64,000 nt of DNA from an uncultured Candidatus Peregrinibacteria bacterium (GCA_903825315.1 CAIKAD010000001.1:265483-329482), one strand, 5' to 3'. Positions 1 through 9,255 are shown, numbered from the stretch's first letter. Translations and numbers: made by a program. Notes: generated from the sequence alone by a model not told the origin.

Positions 1-908
1 GCAGTTCGCACGCGATTGCGGAGGCTCGTGGGGGATTCCTGTACTTCGCCAATGAGTGTCCGGTACTCCCGCACCAATGTCATGCGCTCTTCCGCGGAAC
101 CGCCGTTTTGCGTATGTTCCCGAATGCGTTGTTGAAGCGTGTCCAGGCGTCTGCTTGTCTCTTCCATAATCTGAATCCAGTGATTCGGCGATAGTTTTGG
201 GGAGAGTTCTTCCAGCAGTCGCGCCGCGTGGCGCTTGCCTCGGCCTAAGTTTTTCCATTGGCTTGCTCGCTTTCCTGTATCTTCAGATTTCGAGAACGCA
301 TCGGCGCACGCTTCCCTGTTCTTGCGGCAGATGTTTTCGATGGTCCGGATGTTGGGCGCCATGCGTGCCAGAATCTGTTCCTTCTCGAGTGCTTCCGTGC
401 GCGAAGAGCGGATGTGCCGGTCAAACGGGAGTTCACCCGTGTGTACCTGCCGAGCTGTTTGCAATCCGCTTTGCAACGCCGGTTCGAATTCCCAGATCAG
501 TCGGTTGAGGCGTGTGCGTGATGTTTCTATTTGTTTCGCGAGGCGGTATTCCTCCGCACGAGCTAGGAGAGGAAGGTCATGTAACTGACGGAAATACATG
601 CTGAGTGGATCAGCAGTCCATCCCCTCAGGGAATCCTCGGCAAACGCATCCAGTTCCATGTCATCATAGTTGTCTTGATCCTGTTTCTGGCTGCGAGGGG
701 CAGAAGAAGTATGTTCCTCTTGCACGAAGAAAGGTGACCGGTGGCCGTTTCCGTTCTTCTTTCGTTCCCCGTTCATTTGCTTTCTCAAAGCGGTGTGGGG
801 CGTGGAACGTTCTTCCGGCGCTGCATCTGCCGTCAGGTAGTGCAGCCTTTGGTGTGCTTTCGCACCATTGATCCGTTCGGGAAATCCGTTGCCGGTAGGG
901 GTGATCAT
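1..908 (-). CDS. Sigma-70 family RNA polymerase sigma factor, N-terminal part (runs off the window; absent from ORF track)
   Basis: Manual translation from ATG 908: ...WTADPLSMYFRQLHDLPLLARAEEYRLAKQIE (region 1.2 pattern), then VHTGELPFDRHIRSSRTEALEKEQILARMAPNIRTIE; open to position 1. Confidence 0.8.
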   Translation of the reverse strand, partial: MITPTGNGFPERINGAKAHQRLHYLTADAAPEERSTPHTALRKQMNGERKKNGNGHRSPFFVQEEHTSSAPRSQKQDQDNYDDMELDAFAEDSLRGWTADPLSMYFRQLHDLPLLARAEEYRLAKQIETSRTRLNRLIWEFEPALQSGLQTARQVHTGELPFDRHIRSSRTEALEKEQILARMAPNIRTIENICRKNREACADAFSKSEDTGKRASQWKNLGRGKRHAARLLEELSPKLSPNHWIQIMEETSRRLDTLQQRIREHTQNGGSAEERMTLVREYRTLIGEVQESPTSLRNRVRT

Positions 909-962
909 TTCTTCCACTTGCCGAGATCATAAACCTGTTCCGCTATAGTACAAGAGGCTTTA

Positions 963-1835
963 TCAGGGACAGGGAGTTTTTGGCATTGGCGTCTGGGGAT
1001 GTCCATGTTGGATCCACTGGCCGTTTTGGCAGGTCCAATCATCTTCCCCGGATGCGACGCGGATGGTGATGGCTATGGCAGCACCCACAAGGATGCCGAT
1101 CACCGCGAGGAGGAGGATGGCAGTAATTCCTTTCTTGGCGGAGGATTTTTCCCGCGGGAAGATGAGGTAGGAGTAGATGATGGGTAGGATGCCGATGAGC
1201 ATTACGACGGCAAAGAACAGCCATTCGACATGCCACCACACGAGCGCTTCGGCGAGAATCACGAGGCCGCCGATGACGAACATCCATCCCCCGAAGCGTT
1301 GGCTCTTCCGCCAGGTCTCCGGGTCCGAGAGCGTCCATGGTGTGCGCAGGCCCACGAACCAGTTCTGTCGGATTTTGCCCATGTAGTTGCCGAGGAGCAC
1401 GAATAGCACGCCGATGCCAAACACCACATAGCGCCCCACCATGGCGGATTGTGTCGGGTCGATTGTGGCGAGCATTGTGATGATGAATATGTATCCCATG
1501 AATGCGACGATGGCCGTCTGTATTACGTCCCACGGATGGAGGAAGTCCTTGTAGCTGTCACGCTTGGGGTCCAGTTTCCTGAGGAGCGGGAAGAGGACTG
1601 CCATGAGGAAGGCGATCCCGGGGAGGAGCCATGTGCCGAACGCTTTGGGCGAGTATTGGTCCGGCTGTCCCGCGAAATTCCAGTGCGTGGGGATCTGTTC
1701 CGGCAAACGCGGGTAGAGGATGGCAGCCGCAATGAACAGCGCAGCCACAATGAGCCAGCGGATGGCCAGGAGGGGTCGGAGGTTCTTAGCAGAGTCGAGG
1801 GGGGAGGCCTGGGCGGGGGAGCGGGGTTGTTTCAT
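963..1835 (-). CDS. sdpI: SdpI family immunity membrane protein (DUF1648 + SdpI) with extra C-terminal TM and Cys motif
   Basis: LPEQIPTHWNFAGQPD, NWFVGLRTPWTLSDPETWRKSQRFGG; directly downstream of an SdpR-like repressor; alternative start 1871. Confidence 0.85.
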   Translation of the reverse strand: MKQPRSPAQASPLDSAKNLRPLLAIRWLIVAALFIAAAILYPRLPEQIPTHWNFAGQPDQYSPKAFGTWLLPGIAFLMAVLFPLLRKLDPKRDSYKDFLHPWDVIQTAIVAFMGYIFIITMLATIDPTQSAMVGRYVVFGIGVLFVLLGNYMGKIRQNWFVGLRTPWTLSDPETWRKSQRFGGWMFVIGGLVILAEALVWWHVEWLFFAVVMLIGILPIIYSYLIFPREKSSAKKGITAILLLAVIGILVGAAIAITIRVASGEDDWTCQNGQWIQHGHPQTPMPKTPCP

Positions 1836-1889
1836 GGGACGGGGGGGAAATCTGTAGAGGCACTTCTTCAACAGGAGTGCATCCTGAAG

Positions 1890-2150
1890 TTATTTCCGAA
1901 AGTAGGTATTGAGAGAGAGAAGAATGTCTTCAAAGACTGAGGTGTTCAGGGAGTAGATAATGAACTGCTTGCGCCGTTCGGTGACCACCAAGTTAGCGCG
2001 CTTGAGGATGTCGAGGTGGTGGCTAAGCGTAGGGCCGGTAAAGTCGAAGTGCAGCTGGATCTCCGAAACGTTCATATCCCGTTTCTTGAGAAGTTTGAGG
2101 ATCTGGCGGCGCTGGGGGTCGGACAGTGCTTTGAAAACTTCGTCCATCAT
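1890..2150 (-). CDS. sdpR: ArsR/SmtB family repressor, SdpR-like
   Basis: VFKALSDPQRRQILKLLK...PTLSHHLDILKRANLV...FIIYSLNTSVFED. Confidence 0.85.
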   Translation of the reverse strand: MMDEVFKALSDPQRRQILKLLKKRDMNVSEIQLHFDFTGPTLSHHLDILKRANLVVTERRKQFIIYSLNTSVFEDILLSLNTYFRK

Positions 2151-2168
2151 GGAAGAGGTGGTGACCAG

Positions 2169-2198
2169 TATTTCGATATTTCGATAATCATCTAAATA
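2169..2198. promoter_or_regulatory. Putative ArsR/SdpR operator
   Basis: TATTTCGAT-aatc-ATCTAAATA imperfect inverted repeat (2177-2198) plus an overlapping direct copy TATTTCGAT at 2169, just upstream of the repressor. Confidence 0.5.
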
Positions 2199-2282
2199 GT
2201 ACTCCACACGCATTGTACCGTCAAGAGATTCCCATTGATGGCATCCGGTTGCGCTTCGCGACGCTTTCCTTACACTGCCTCC

Positions 2283-2909
2283 ATGACGTCCGTTGAAACG
2301 GCCTTTTTGGCTCTTGGCCTTTGCATGGATTCGCTTGCCGTTGCGTTGTCGCTCGGGTTGCCTTTGAGCCAAGGCTCACAGTGTTCACGCCGCGTATTAT
2401 CGAGCGGTTCACCTGCTTCAGGGCAAGCGATCCGCAACCTTCCGCTGCTGCCCGCGTTTAAAGTTGCACTCAGTTTCGCAGTGTTCCAGGCTCTCATGCC
2501 GTTCCTTGGCTGGTTGGCCGGTGTGCAGCTCAAAGGAATCATTCAGAGTATGGATCATTGGATTGCGTTCGGACTCCTGTTCCTCATCGGCGTGAAAATG
2601 ATGTTTGAAGCACGCACACAGGGTGCCGGCAGTGCGCATCAGGAACGTTCCCTCGCGTGGCGTCCGCTCCTGGCGCTCGGTGTGGCGACGAGCATTGATG
2701 CGCTCGCCGTGGGCGTCGGCTTTGCATTCATGTCTGTCTCCATAATCCAAACATGCCTCGTCATCGGGATGGTGACGTTCCTCGTATCCTTTATTGGCGT
2801 TCTGGTTGGCTGCAGGGCGGGGGACGCATGCGGAAAGGGTGCGCGGATTGTGGGGGGAACTCTTCTCATTGCCCTCGGGTTCAAAATCCTCATGGAGCAC
2901 CTGCAGTAG
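2283..2909 (+). CDS. mntP: Manganese efflux pump MntP
   Basis: ALGLCMDSLAVA, FQALMPFLGW, DHWIAFGLL, ATSIDALAVG motifs. Confidence 0.9.
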   Translation: MTSVETAFLALGLCMDSLAVALSLGLPLSQGSQCSRRVLSSGSPASGQAIRNLPLLPAFKVALSFAVFQALMPFLGWLAGVQLKGIIQSMDHWIAFGLLFLIGVKMMFEARTQGAGSAHQERSLAWRPLLALGVATSIDALAVGVGFAFMSVSIIQTCLVIGMVTFLVSFIGVLVGCRAGDACGKGARIVGGTLLIALGFKILMEHLQ

Positions 2910-3260
2910 TTCAGATCACTAAAATTCCGCAATCTCAGCAGTTGTTCCTGGACGACGAGATGGTTGTGAAGCTCGTCGAGCGTGAAGCGAAATTCTTCGC
3001 GTATGTCCCGATGTTCCACAACTTCTATTTCTACGGAACGCTACGATCCCCCGCCCCCTTCGAGGCCAGTCGCATGTCCGCTTCCGCTATGCTCCGCTGT
3101 TCAACCGGCGTCAGGATGGTTTGTGCGTGCCAGAAGGGGAAAAGTGGGCTTCGCGCCTATCCACTAAGGTGTGTTCCTTTTGGAACAGGGGCCTCGGTGG
3201 GTAGGTGCATAGTGAATGACGAAGGTTTCTGGATTCTCTTTCAAAAATTACTCGTTTTTC

Positions 3261-3329
3261 AGGAAACCGATGAAACCGACGATCGCTTTTTACCACTTCC
3301 CTCGGATTCCTTGGTTTCTTCGGATTCTT
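3261..3329. repeat. 9-mer periodic inverted repeat (GAAACCGAn family)
   Basis: ggaaaccgatgaaaccga ... tcggattccttggtttcttcggattc. Confidence 0.7.
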
Positions 3330-3376
3330 GATTCTTTAAGGGCGCCTTAATCTTCTTCCTGCTACGATGCCGCATT

Positions 3377-4222
3377 ATGGCACGCCTCAAAACCACCATT
3401 CTCCTCGCCCTCCTTACCGGCATGTTCCTCTTGGTCGGGTACTGGCTCGGCGGACAGCAGGGGGCACTTACCGCGCTCATCCTTGCAGTGATTATGAACG
3501 TCGGATCCTACTGGTTCTCGGACCGGATTGTGCTCGCCATGTACGGTGCGCGGGAGCTTCCGCCGTCACAGGAGCCGTGGCTCCACGCCATTGTGCGGGA
3601 ACTGGCGCAACACGACAGCCTTCCGATGCCGCGCATCTATGTCCTGGATCTTCCCGTTCCCAATGCGTTTGCAACGGGACGCAACGAACACCATGCTGTT
3701 GTTGCCGTTACGCGCGGGTTGCTTCAGGCGCTGGATGACCGGGAGATCCGTGCAGTCCTTGCGCATGAGCTGTCGCACGTGAAGAACCGTGACATGCTGG
3801 TTTCCACCATTGCCGCCACGCTTGCCGGGGCGCTCTCGTATCTGGCGCAGATGGCGTACTTTACCGGCATGCGCAACCAAAACGACCGCAGTGGTGGCAA
3901 TGCTATTGAGGGGCTTCTGCTGTTGATCCTCTCACCTCTCATCGCCACGCTTCTGCACTTGGCCGTGTCGCGTTCGCGCGAATACCTTGCGGACGAATGC
4001 GGTGCCCGTCTCATTCGCGATCCTCTCGCTCTCGCGGATGCACTGCGGAAGATATCCTCCGCCTCGCGCACCCATCCCCTACTCGCCGGCCCCCGGTACG
4101 AGGCGTCCGCCCATCTTTTCATCGTCAATCCTTTCAAGCCGTCGTTCTTCCTATCGCTATTTTCCACACATCCACCCATCGAGGAGCGGATTGCAAGGCT
4201 GGAGGCTATGGCCAAGGGGTGA
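3377..4222 (+). CDS. htpX: Zinc metalloprotease HtpX
   Basis: PNAFATGRN, HELSH zinc motif, SRSREYLAD, FSTHPPIEERI. Confidence 0.95.
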   Translation: MARLKTTILLALLTGMFLLVGYWLGGQQGALTALILAVIMNVGSYWFSDRIVLAMYGARELPPSQEPWLHAIVRELAQHDSLPMPRIYVLDLPVPNAFATGRNEHHAVVAVTRGLLQALDDREIRAVLAHELSHVKNRDMLVSTIAATLAGALSYLAQMAYFTGMRNQNDRSGGNAIEGLLLLILSPLIATLLHLAVSRSREYLADECGARLIRDPLALADALRKISSASRTHPLLAGPRYEASAHLFIVNPFKPSFFLSLFSTHPPIEERIARLEAMAKG

Positions 4223-4255
4223 TATACTATTCCCCTGCAATTCCCCTTCCTCTTT

Positions 4256-4633
4256 ATGCGCAAAACCGCTGCCATCGTGCTCCGGGTCGCCCTGGCCCTC
4301 ACGCTTCTCCTCGTCGGAGTGATGATCTGGATCAATCCATCCGTGTGGCATTCCTATCTCCAGCCATGGGCGCAGAGCGTCAAGGTAGCCGGCTCGTCTC
4401 GCCCCATTATGCAGGCGATGGCGATACTGGATATCCTCCTCGGCGCTGCGATGATATTTGACCTCTGGACGTGGATCGCCGCACTCGTTGCCGCCATCGC
4501 GCTCCTCCTCGCCATCATCGCCATGGGGTTGAGTAACCTATCAATTCTCTGTCTTGGACTTTTTGGCGCAGCGATCGCCCTCTGTGTTGCCAAGATGCCG
4601 GAACCCACGGCACGCAAAATGGGGTTGCTGTGA
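4256..4633 (+). CDS. Small multi-pass membrane protein (DoxX-like)
   Basis: About four hydrophobic segments; LRVALALTLLLVG start. Confidence 0.6.
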   Translation: MRKTAAIVLRVALALTLLLVGVMIWINPSVWHSYLQPWAQSVKVAGSSRPIMQAMAILDILLGAAMIFDLWTWIAALVAAIALLLAIIAMGLSNLSILCLGLFGAAIALCVAKMPEPTARKMGLL

Positions 4634-4659
4634 GCAACCTCAGGTTCTGAATCGATTGT

Positions 4660-5523
4660 TCAGGATTGCCGAGCGAGCGTTTGGGATGGCAGCAGGTCTA
4701 CGCCGTACAGTTTCCACTTGCGCATCAGGTGCTCGCGGAATGCGGTGATACCATCGCTGATCATGGAGAGGAGCGGATGGCGGTGGTTGCGCCAGACGAA
4801 TGTGCGTTTGTAGCGGGGAGAAGTGATGGTTCGGAACGCGTCTGCGTACGTCCGCGGTTTGGGGCCGTGGATGACGAGACAGCTTCCCATGTCCCACACG
4901 TGGTGCGCGTCGCTGCCCCCGAGGAACGTGAGGCCGCGGGGAATAAGCCGTACGGGGAGGCGTGTGGTGTTGCGTGCCGAAAGGGAGAGCTGACGGAGGA
5001 CGCGTGTGAGGTGGAGTGTCGAGAGAAATTGCTCGAGTGCGGTAAGGGACGCGTTGTATTTTTCTACGAATCGAAGGATCGTCTCATCCTTGCGCGCTAT
5101 CGCTTCGGAATAGTGCCGAAGTATGCCGGAATCACTGGGGGCGAAGGGGTGGGGGATGACGCCGTGGAGGCGGCGATCTTTCTGCACGCGGGAAACCAGC
5201 TGCTTGATGGTCAACCGGTACGGCGTGATGATGTCCCGTTGCGTGTACACGTACATGTCTTTGGAGAAGACGATCATGTCGATGCCTTCCCGGGTCAGTG
5301 CTTCTACGGCGGGAATGATCTGCGTTGTCGCGCCCTTCGGCCGATATTTGAGGAGAGTCCGGTAGGACCGGAAGGGGTGTTTAAAGGCGTGCTCTGCTAC
5401 AAACACCGCGTCGAGTTTTCGCTTCCTGAATGTCGCCCAGAGTTTTTCCGCATGACGCCGGACGAAAAATTCCGGTAAGAAGAACGGAAAGTTTGGATGT
5501 AAGTGACAATCTACACGCAGCAT
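4660..5523 (-). CDS. PHP-domain metal-dependent phosphoesterase
   Basis: DCHLHPN, EH, PHPF, GGSDAH motifs. Confidence 0.75.
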   Translation of the reverse strand: MLRVDCHLHPNFPFFLPEFFVRRHAEKLWATFRKRKLDAVFVAEHAFKHPFRSYRTLLKYRPKGATTQIIPAVEALTREGIDMIVFSKDMYVYTQRDIITPYRLTIKQLVSRVQKDRRLHGVIPHPFAPSDSGILRHYSEAIARKDETILRFVEKYNASLTALEQFLSTLHLTRVLRQLSLSARNTTRLPVRLIPRGLTFLGGSDAHHVWDMGSCLVIHGPKPRTYADAFRTITSPRYKRTFVWRNHRHPLLSMISDGITAFREHLMRKWKLYGVDLLPSQTLARQS

Positions 5524-5586
5524 ATTTGTTTGATTTGATTATAACATAAAATGAAGTGTATTGCAATATTTGGAGTCGATCGGACA

Positions 5587-6042
5587 AATGATCAATTACC
5601 AATGAGCAATGATCAATACTGGTGCGATTGCTTGGTATGGTTAGTGGTCTTGTTAATGATTGCTTGGAATATTTTGACGAGTTCATTGCTTTCTTCGAAT
5701 AGAGAGACTCTTTCCGGTTCAAGTACGGACGGCGTTGTTGGCTTGAGGAGGGAGAACCAATATGCGCTTTCACGCGCCTCTTTGCGACAGATCTTTATCC
5801 TATAGATGAAATCATCTCTGCTCACCGCTTCTGTGGCTTCGAGACTATTTGCGCCAACGGAGCCAGTGGATTTCCAGAGCTGTCTGCAATCAGTGGAAGA
5901 AAGGGAATTTTTAGGATAGCGCTTGAGGAATTCCCGTGAGAGCAAAGCATATTGCATCGTTCTTTCTGCCAAATTGTATGGCTTTGGGTTTAGCTTCATC
6001 TTTGGTGCGTCTTTGATCATTGATACTTGAGAATTGGTCATT
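5587..6042. mobile_element. Putative element: four-helix-bundle gene between 31-bp imperfect inverted arms
   Basis: Left arm aatgatcaattaccaatgagcaatgatcaat (5587-5617); right arm 6012-6042 reverse-complements to aatgaccaattctcaagtatcaatgatcaaa; mobility is inferred. Confidence 0.55.
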
Positions 6043-6053
6043 CCTTTAGCCAT
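5613..6053 (-). CDS. Four-helix-bundle protein (23S rRNA intervening-sequence protein family)
   Basis: YNLAERT...QLWKSTGSVGANSLEATEAVSRDDFIYRIKICRKEARESAYW...ESNELVKIF; lower GC than neighbours. Confidence 0.9.
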   Translation of the reverse strand: MAKGMTNSQVSMIKDAPKMKLNPKPYNLAERTMQYALLSREFLKRYPKNSLSSTDCRQLWKSTGSVGANSLEATEAVSRDDFIYRIKICRKEARESAYWFSLLKPTTPSVLEPERVSLFEESNELVKIFQAIINKTTNHTKQSHQY

Positions 6054-6466
6054 AACAAAAAATCCTCCTCTGTCGGCAAAATCGAGAGAAAATGTGTCAA
6101 AACCTTTAGCAGGGTCACCCTCTCACGCTCCGTCAGCTCTACCGTTCGCAACGGGAACTTGCTCGTCAACAATTCCAATGTCCCGCACACGCGGCAGAAA
6201 TCCGCTAGATGTGGATGGAGTTCGTTGCGCGCGATCATTCCCTTGATATTGAGAGGGAACACTGCCTCGCCGTGGAATGGCGTGAAGAGCGATGGGAGAG
6301 GCTCCGGGCACCGGCGGATGAGGGAGAGAGCGGGACGGCTCTCGCGCAGGGCGTCCACGAGGAAGAGGAGGAAGATCTTCACTTCTTCCCGGGCGAAGGT
6401 CCGCCGGAAGGCGGAAGAGAGGTGGTCTCTGAGGAGGGTATCCGGCTCTTGCGGGCGGGTGGCCAT
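6038..6466 (-). CDS. Hypothetical protein
   Basis: 142-aa ORF in the same orientation as neighbours; no recognised motif. Confidence 0.55.
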   Translation of the reverse strand: MATRPQEPDTLLRDHLSSAFRRTFAREEVKIFLLFLVDALRESRPALSLIRRCPEPLPSLFTPFHGEAVFPLNIKGMIARNELHPHLADFCRVCGTLELLTSKFPLRTVELTERERVTLLKVLTHFLSILPTEEDFLLWLKE

Positions 6467-6612
6467 GGGCGTGACTCCATCGTAAACCAGTGGAAACTTA
6501 CGAAAAGGCTGCCAGCAAAGGAATATTTGGCAAGTATCTTTCTTTCATCTTTACCCAGCGGAAAAAGGAGTTCTTTGTCCTCATAGAACGTCCCTCCGAA
6601 AGATGTCTGGCA

Positions 6613-7032
6613 CTACTTGTTGGCGAGCAGTTTGCCAAAGTTCTTTTCCCATGTCTTGAGCAGCTCCTGGGCCTTTTGAACTTCGTCCACCACCACGTAG
6701 ACCGTGGCTTCTTTGCCGAATGTTGTGGCGTACATGTTTCGGATGTTGATACCGGCGGCTGCGCAGGCGCGCGCAATAGCGGAGATGGCGCCCGGCTCGT
6801 TCTTCATTTTGAATGCCAGCACGTCGGTAGCAGTTACCTTGTAGTGCGGCTGCAGCGTGAGCTTGGCAGTTTCGGGGTCATCCACGATGAGGTGCACCGT
6901 GTTGGAGTCTTGCCGATCTGTAAAACAGATGGCGTTGATGTTCACCTCAGCTGCGCGCAGTTTGTCGCTGAGCTGGGCAAGCGTTCCCGGCACGTTGGCG
7001 ATGGGGACATTGAGCTGGATCGCGGTGCCCAT
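6613..7032 (-). CDS. Tandem ACT-domain protein
   Basis: NVPGTLAQLSDKLRAAEVNINAI and NEPGAISAIARACAAAGINIRNMY. Confidence 0.85.
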   Translation of the reverse strand: MGTAIQLNVPIANVPGTLAQLSDKLRAAEVNINAICFTDRQDSNTVHLIVDDPETAKLTLQPHYKVTATDVLAFKMKNEPGAISAIARACAAAGINIRNMYATTFGKEATVYVVVDEVQKAQELLKTWEKNFGKLLANK

Positions 7033-7268
7033 AAGAAGGAGGGGAAGGGACAGGGGGTTAAACGAAACCCGCCTCTCTTGCTGGGAAGGGAGGCTGAGCG
7101 TGGTTCCTTGTCCTTACGCGCACCGCCCTTCCGTCATCGTGCAGATGACGAGAAAGAGGGAGACGGTGGACATGTACATGGAAACCATGTGACATAATTA
7201 TGCCTTACCTGAGACCATTTGCAAGAACAAGAAATTTGTTCAGATAAACGCTCCCTATTCGGGGCTAT

Positions 7269-8321
7269 TCACCACTTCAAGGCACCCGTAAACGTCACAG
7301 TTTTCTGTCCTTTGACGATTTCTCCAATGACGTAACTTTCCATTCCTTTCGTATCGAGATGGTTTTGGATCAATGGGGCGCTCTTGGGATCGACGACCAA
7401 GGTAAGTCCCACCCCCATGTTGAACGTACGAAGCATGTCGGCGTCCGTCACGGCGCCCGCGGCGCGTATCATGCGGAAGATCGGAAGGATGCGGATGGAG
7501 GAGAGGTCAATGCGCGCGTCGAGGTTCCGGGGGAGAACGCGATCCAGATTTTCCGCGATGCCGCCGCCCGTGATGTGCGCCATGCCGTGGAGTTCCGGCA
7601 GGCCGAAGAGATCACGGATTGCCGGAAGATATGACGTATGCGGTCTGAGGATGGCATCGAGAAACGTTTCCCCATCGTTGACTGTTTCCCGAGCGATCTC
7701 CGGTCTTGTCTCCATCAGTTTGCGCACCAGCGAGTAACCGTTGGTATGGAGGCCGTTCGATGCGACGGCAATCACCTGGTCACCTTCCCTAATCGCGGAG
7801 CCGTCGATGATCTTCGCCTTTTCCACGATTCCCACCACGCTCGAGCCGAGCACGTACGTTCCTGCTGCCAGTGTGCCGGGTTGTTCGGACGTTTCTCCTC
7901 CCGTAAGCGTGCAGCCATGGATGCGGCAGATCTCCGCCATCGATGCAACCATCTCCCTGATCACCGAGCCTTCCATTTTTCCGCAGACAATCAGATCTTG
8001 CACGGTAAGCGGAATAGCGCCCATCACCGCAATGTCGTTGAAGAGGTGGTGGAGCATGTCTTCGCAGATTCCACGGACCTTGCCGTGTCTGATCGACAGC
8101 AACTGCTTGCTTCCCGGCTCTTCTGTTTTAAAGACGAGAACGGGATGTGTGTAGCCAGGGAAGGATGCTTCGAAGAGCGAGGCGAATGCTCCCACCTTGT
8201 TCAGTACGCGCGGATCATCCGTCTTCATTGCTTCGGCCATTGCCTTTTTGGTCGCATTGGCAGCGTCGATATCTACGCCGGAGGCTTTGTAGGAAAAGGA
8301 GGCAAGAGGCTTCTTTGGCAT
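7269..8321 (-). CDS. purM: Phosphoribosylformylglycinamidine cyclo-ligase
   Basis: SYKASGVDID, GGETSEQPG, SNGLHTNGYSL, AHITGGG, RTFNMGVG. Confidence 0.95.
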   Translation of the reverse strand: MPKKPLASFSYKASGVDIDAANATKKAMAEAMKTDDPRVLNKVGAFASLFEASFPGYTHPVLVFKTEEPGSKQLLSIRHGKVRGICEDMLHHLFNDIAVMGAIPLTVQDLIVCGKMEGSVIREMVASMAEICRIHGCTLTGGETSEQPGTLAAGTYVLGSSVVGIVEKAKIIDGSAIREGDQVIAVASNGLHTNGYSLVRKLMETRPEIARETVNDGETFLDAILRPHTSYLPAIRDLFGLPELHGMAHITGGGIAENLDRVLPRNLDARIDLSSIRILPIFRMIRAAGAVTDADMLRTFNMGVGLTLVVDPKSAPLIQNHLDTKGMESYVIGEIVKGQKTVTFTGALKW

Positions 8322-8342
8322 AACCGGAGTGTAGCAGATGGG

Positions 8343-8421
8343 GAGGATGCAGAAGAATCAGAGAAACAGAAGGATGAAATCCTCTGCATCCTTTGCATCT
8401 TCTGGTTCTTCTGTATCTTCA
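8343..8421. repeat. 9-mer periodic inverted repeat (GATGCAGAA family)
   Basis: gaggatgcagaagaatcagag ... cctctgcatcctttgcatcttctggttcttctgtatcttc. Confidence 0.75.
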
Positions 8422-9255
8422 GAGAGCTCCAATCGACGTGATCTTCACTTTGCTCATTGCGTTCATGCGCTCCGGGATTTTGACCGGTTTCTGGGCATCC
8501 CTTACCACTTTCTCGCGCGTGAGAAGCTCCTCAATTTTTTCGTGGTTGGTGGAGGGGGGTGATTCAGTTGCCGCCATATCGGTCTTTTCCTTTATTGTCT
8601 GAGTGTCGGAAACAAGGCGGCCGCGCTCCAGCGTCACTGTCCGTGCGTTGAGCGTTGAGGCAAGCGTCGCGTCGCGCGATGCGATGATTACGGAGACGCC
8701 GCTGGCATGGATTTCCTTAAGGAGTGAGAGGACGGTACGCGCTTCCTGAGCAGTGAGACCGGCAGTCGGTTCATCTGCCATGAAGATCAAGGGCTTGTGG
8801 ATAATAGCGCGCCCCAGAGCGAGTTTCGCTTGCTCGAAGAGCGAGAGGTTATGCGGGAACGCCTGTTTTTTTTCCAGCAGACCAAGGTAGGCGAGCAGTG
8901 CGGGAACGCGTTTCTGGATCAATCGTTCCGGAGAGCCCGTGACTTCCAGAGGAAACGATAAATTTTCAGACACGGTTCGCTGCGGAAGAAGCTTCCTATC
9001 CTGGAACATCATCCCCACTCTGCGGCGGTAGAGTTGCAGGGCGGGTGGTGGGACGATCGTCAGATCTACCCCGTCCACTTCCACGGAACCGGATGTGGTC
9101 GTATCAGCTGCGATGAGGAGCGAGAGAAGCGTAGACTTGCCTGACCCCGCGCCGCCGATGAGGCAGACGAGTTCCTTGGGTTCAATGCGCAGCGACACGT
9201 TGAGGAGCGCTGCGGCATTTCCAAACTTCTTCGTGATGTTCTTCAGGACGATCAT
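8419..9255 (-). CDS. FtsE-like ABC ATP-binding protein with degenerate signature
   Basis: GGAGSGKST Walker A, RRRVGMMFQDRKLL, ADEPT; LSLFEQ in place of LSGGEQ. Confidence 0.75.
   Translation of the reverse strand: MIVLKNITKKFGNAAALLNVSLRIEPKELVCLIGGAGSGKSTLLSLLIAADTTTSGSVEVDGVDLTIVPPPALQLYRRRVGMMFQDRKLLPQRTVSENLSFPLEVTGSPERLIQKRVPALLAYLGLLEKKQAFPHNLSLFEQAKLALGRAIIHKPLIFMADEPTAGLTAQEARTVLSLLKEIHASGVSVIIASRDATLASTLNARTVTLERGRLVSDTQTIKEKTDMAATESPPSTNHEKIEELLTREKVVRDAQKPVKIPERMNAMSKVKITSIGAL

Noticed and set aside
2910-3210. Possible minus-strand pseudogene (MHLPTEAP...* ARSPLFPFW...* / VEIEVVEHRDIREEF)
   Set aside because: Needs a stop read-through and a frameshift, and resembles no family I recognise
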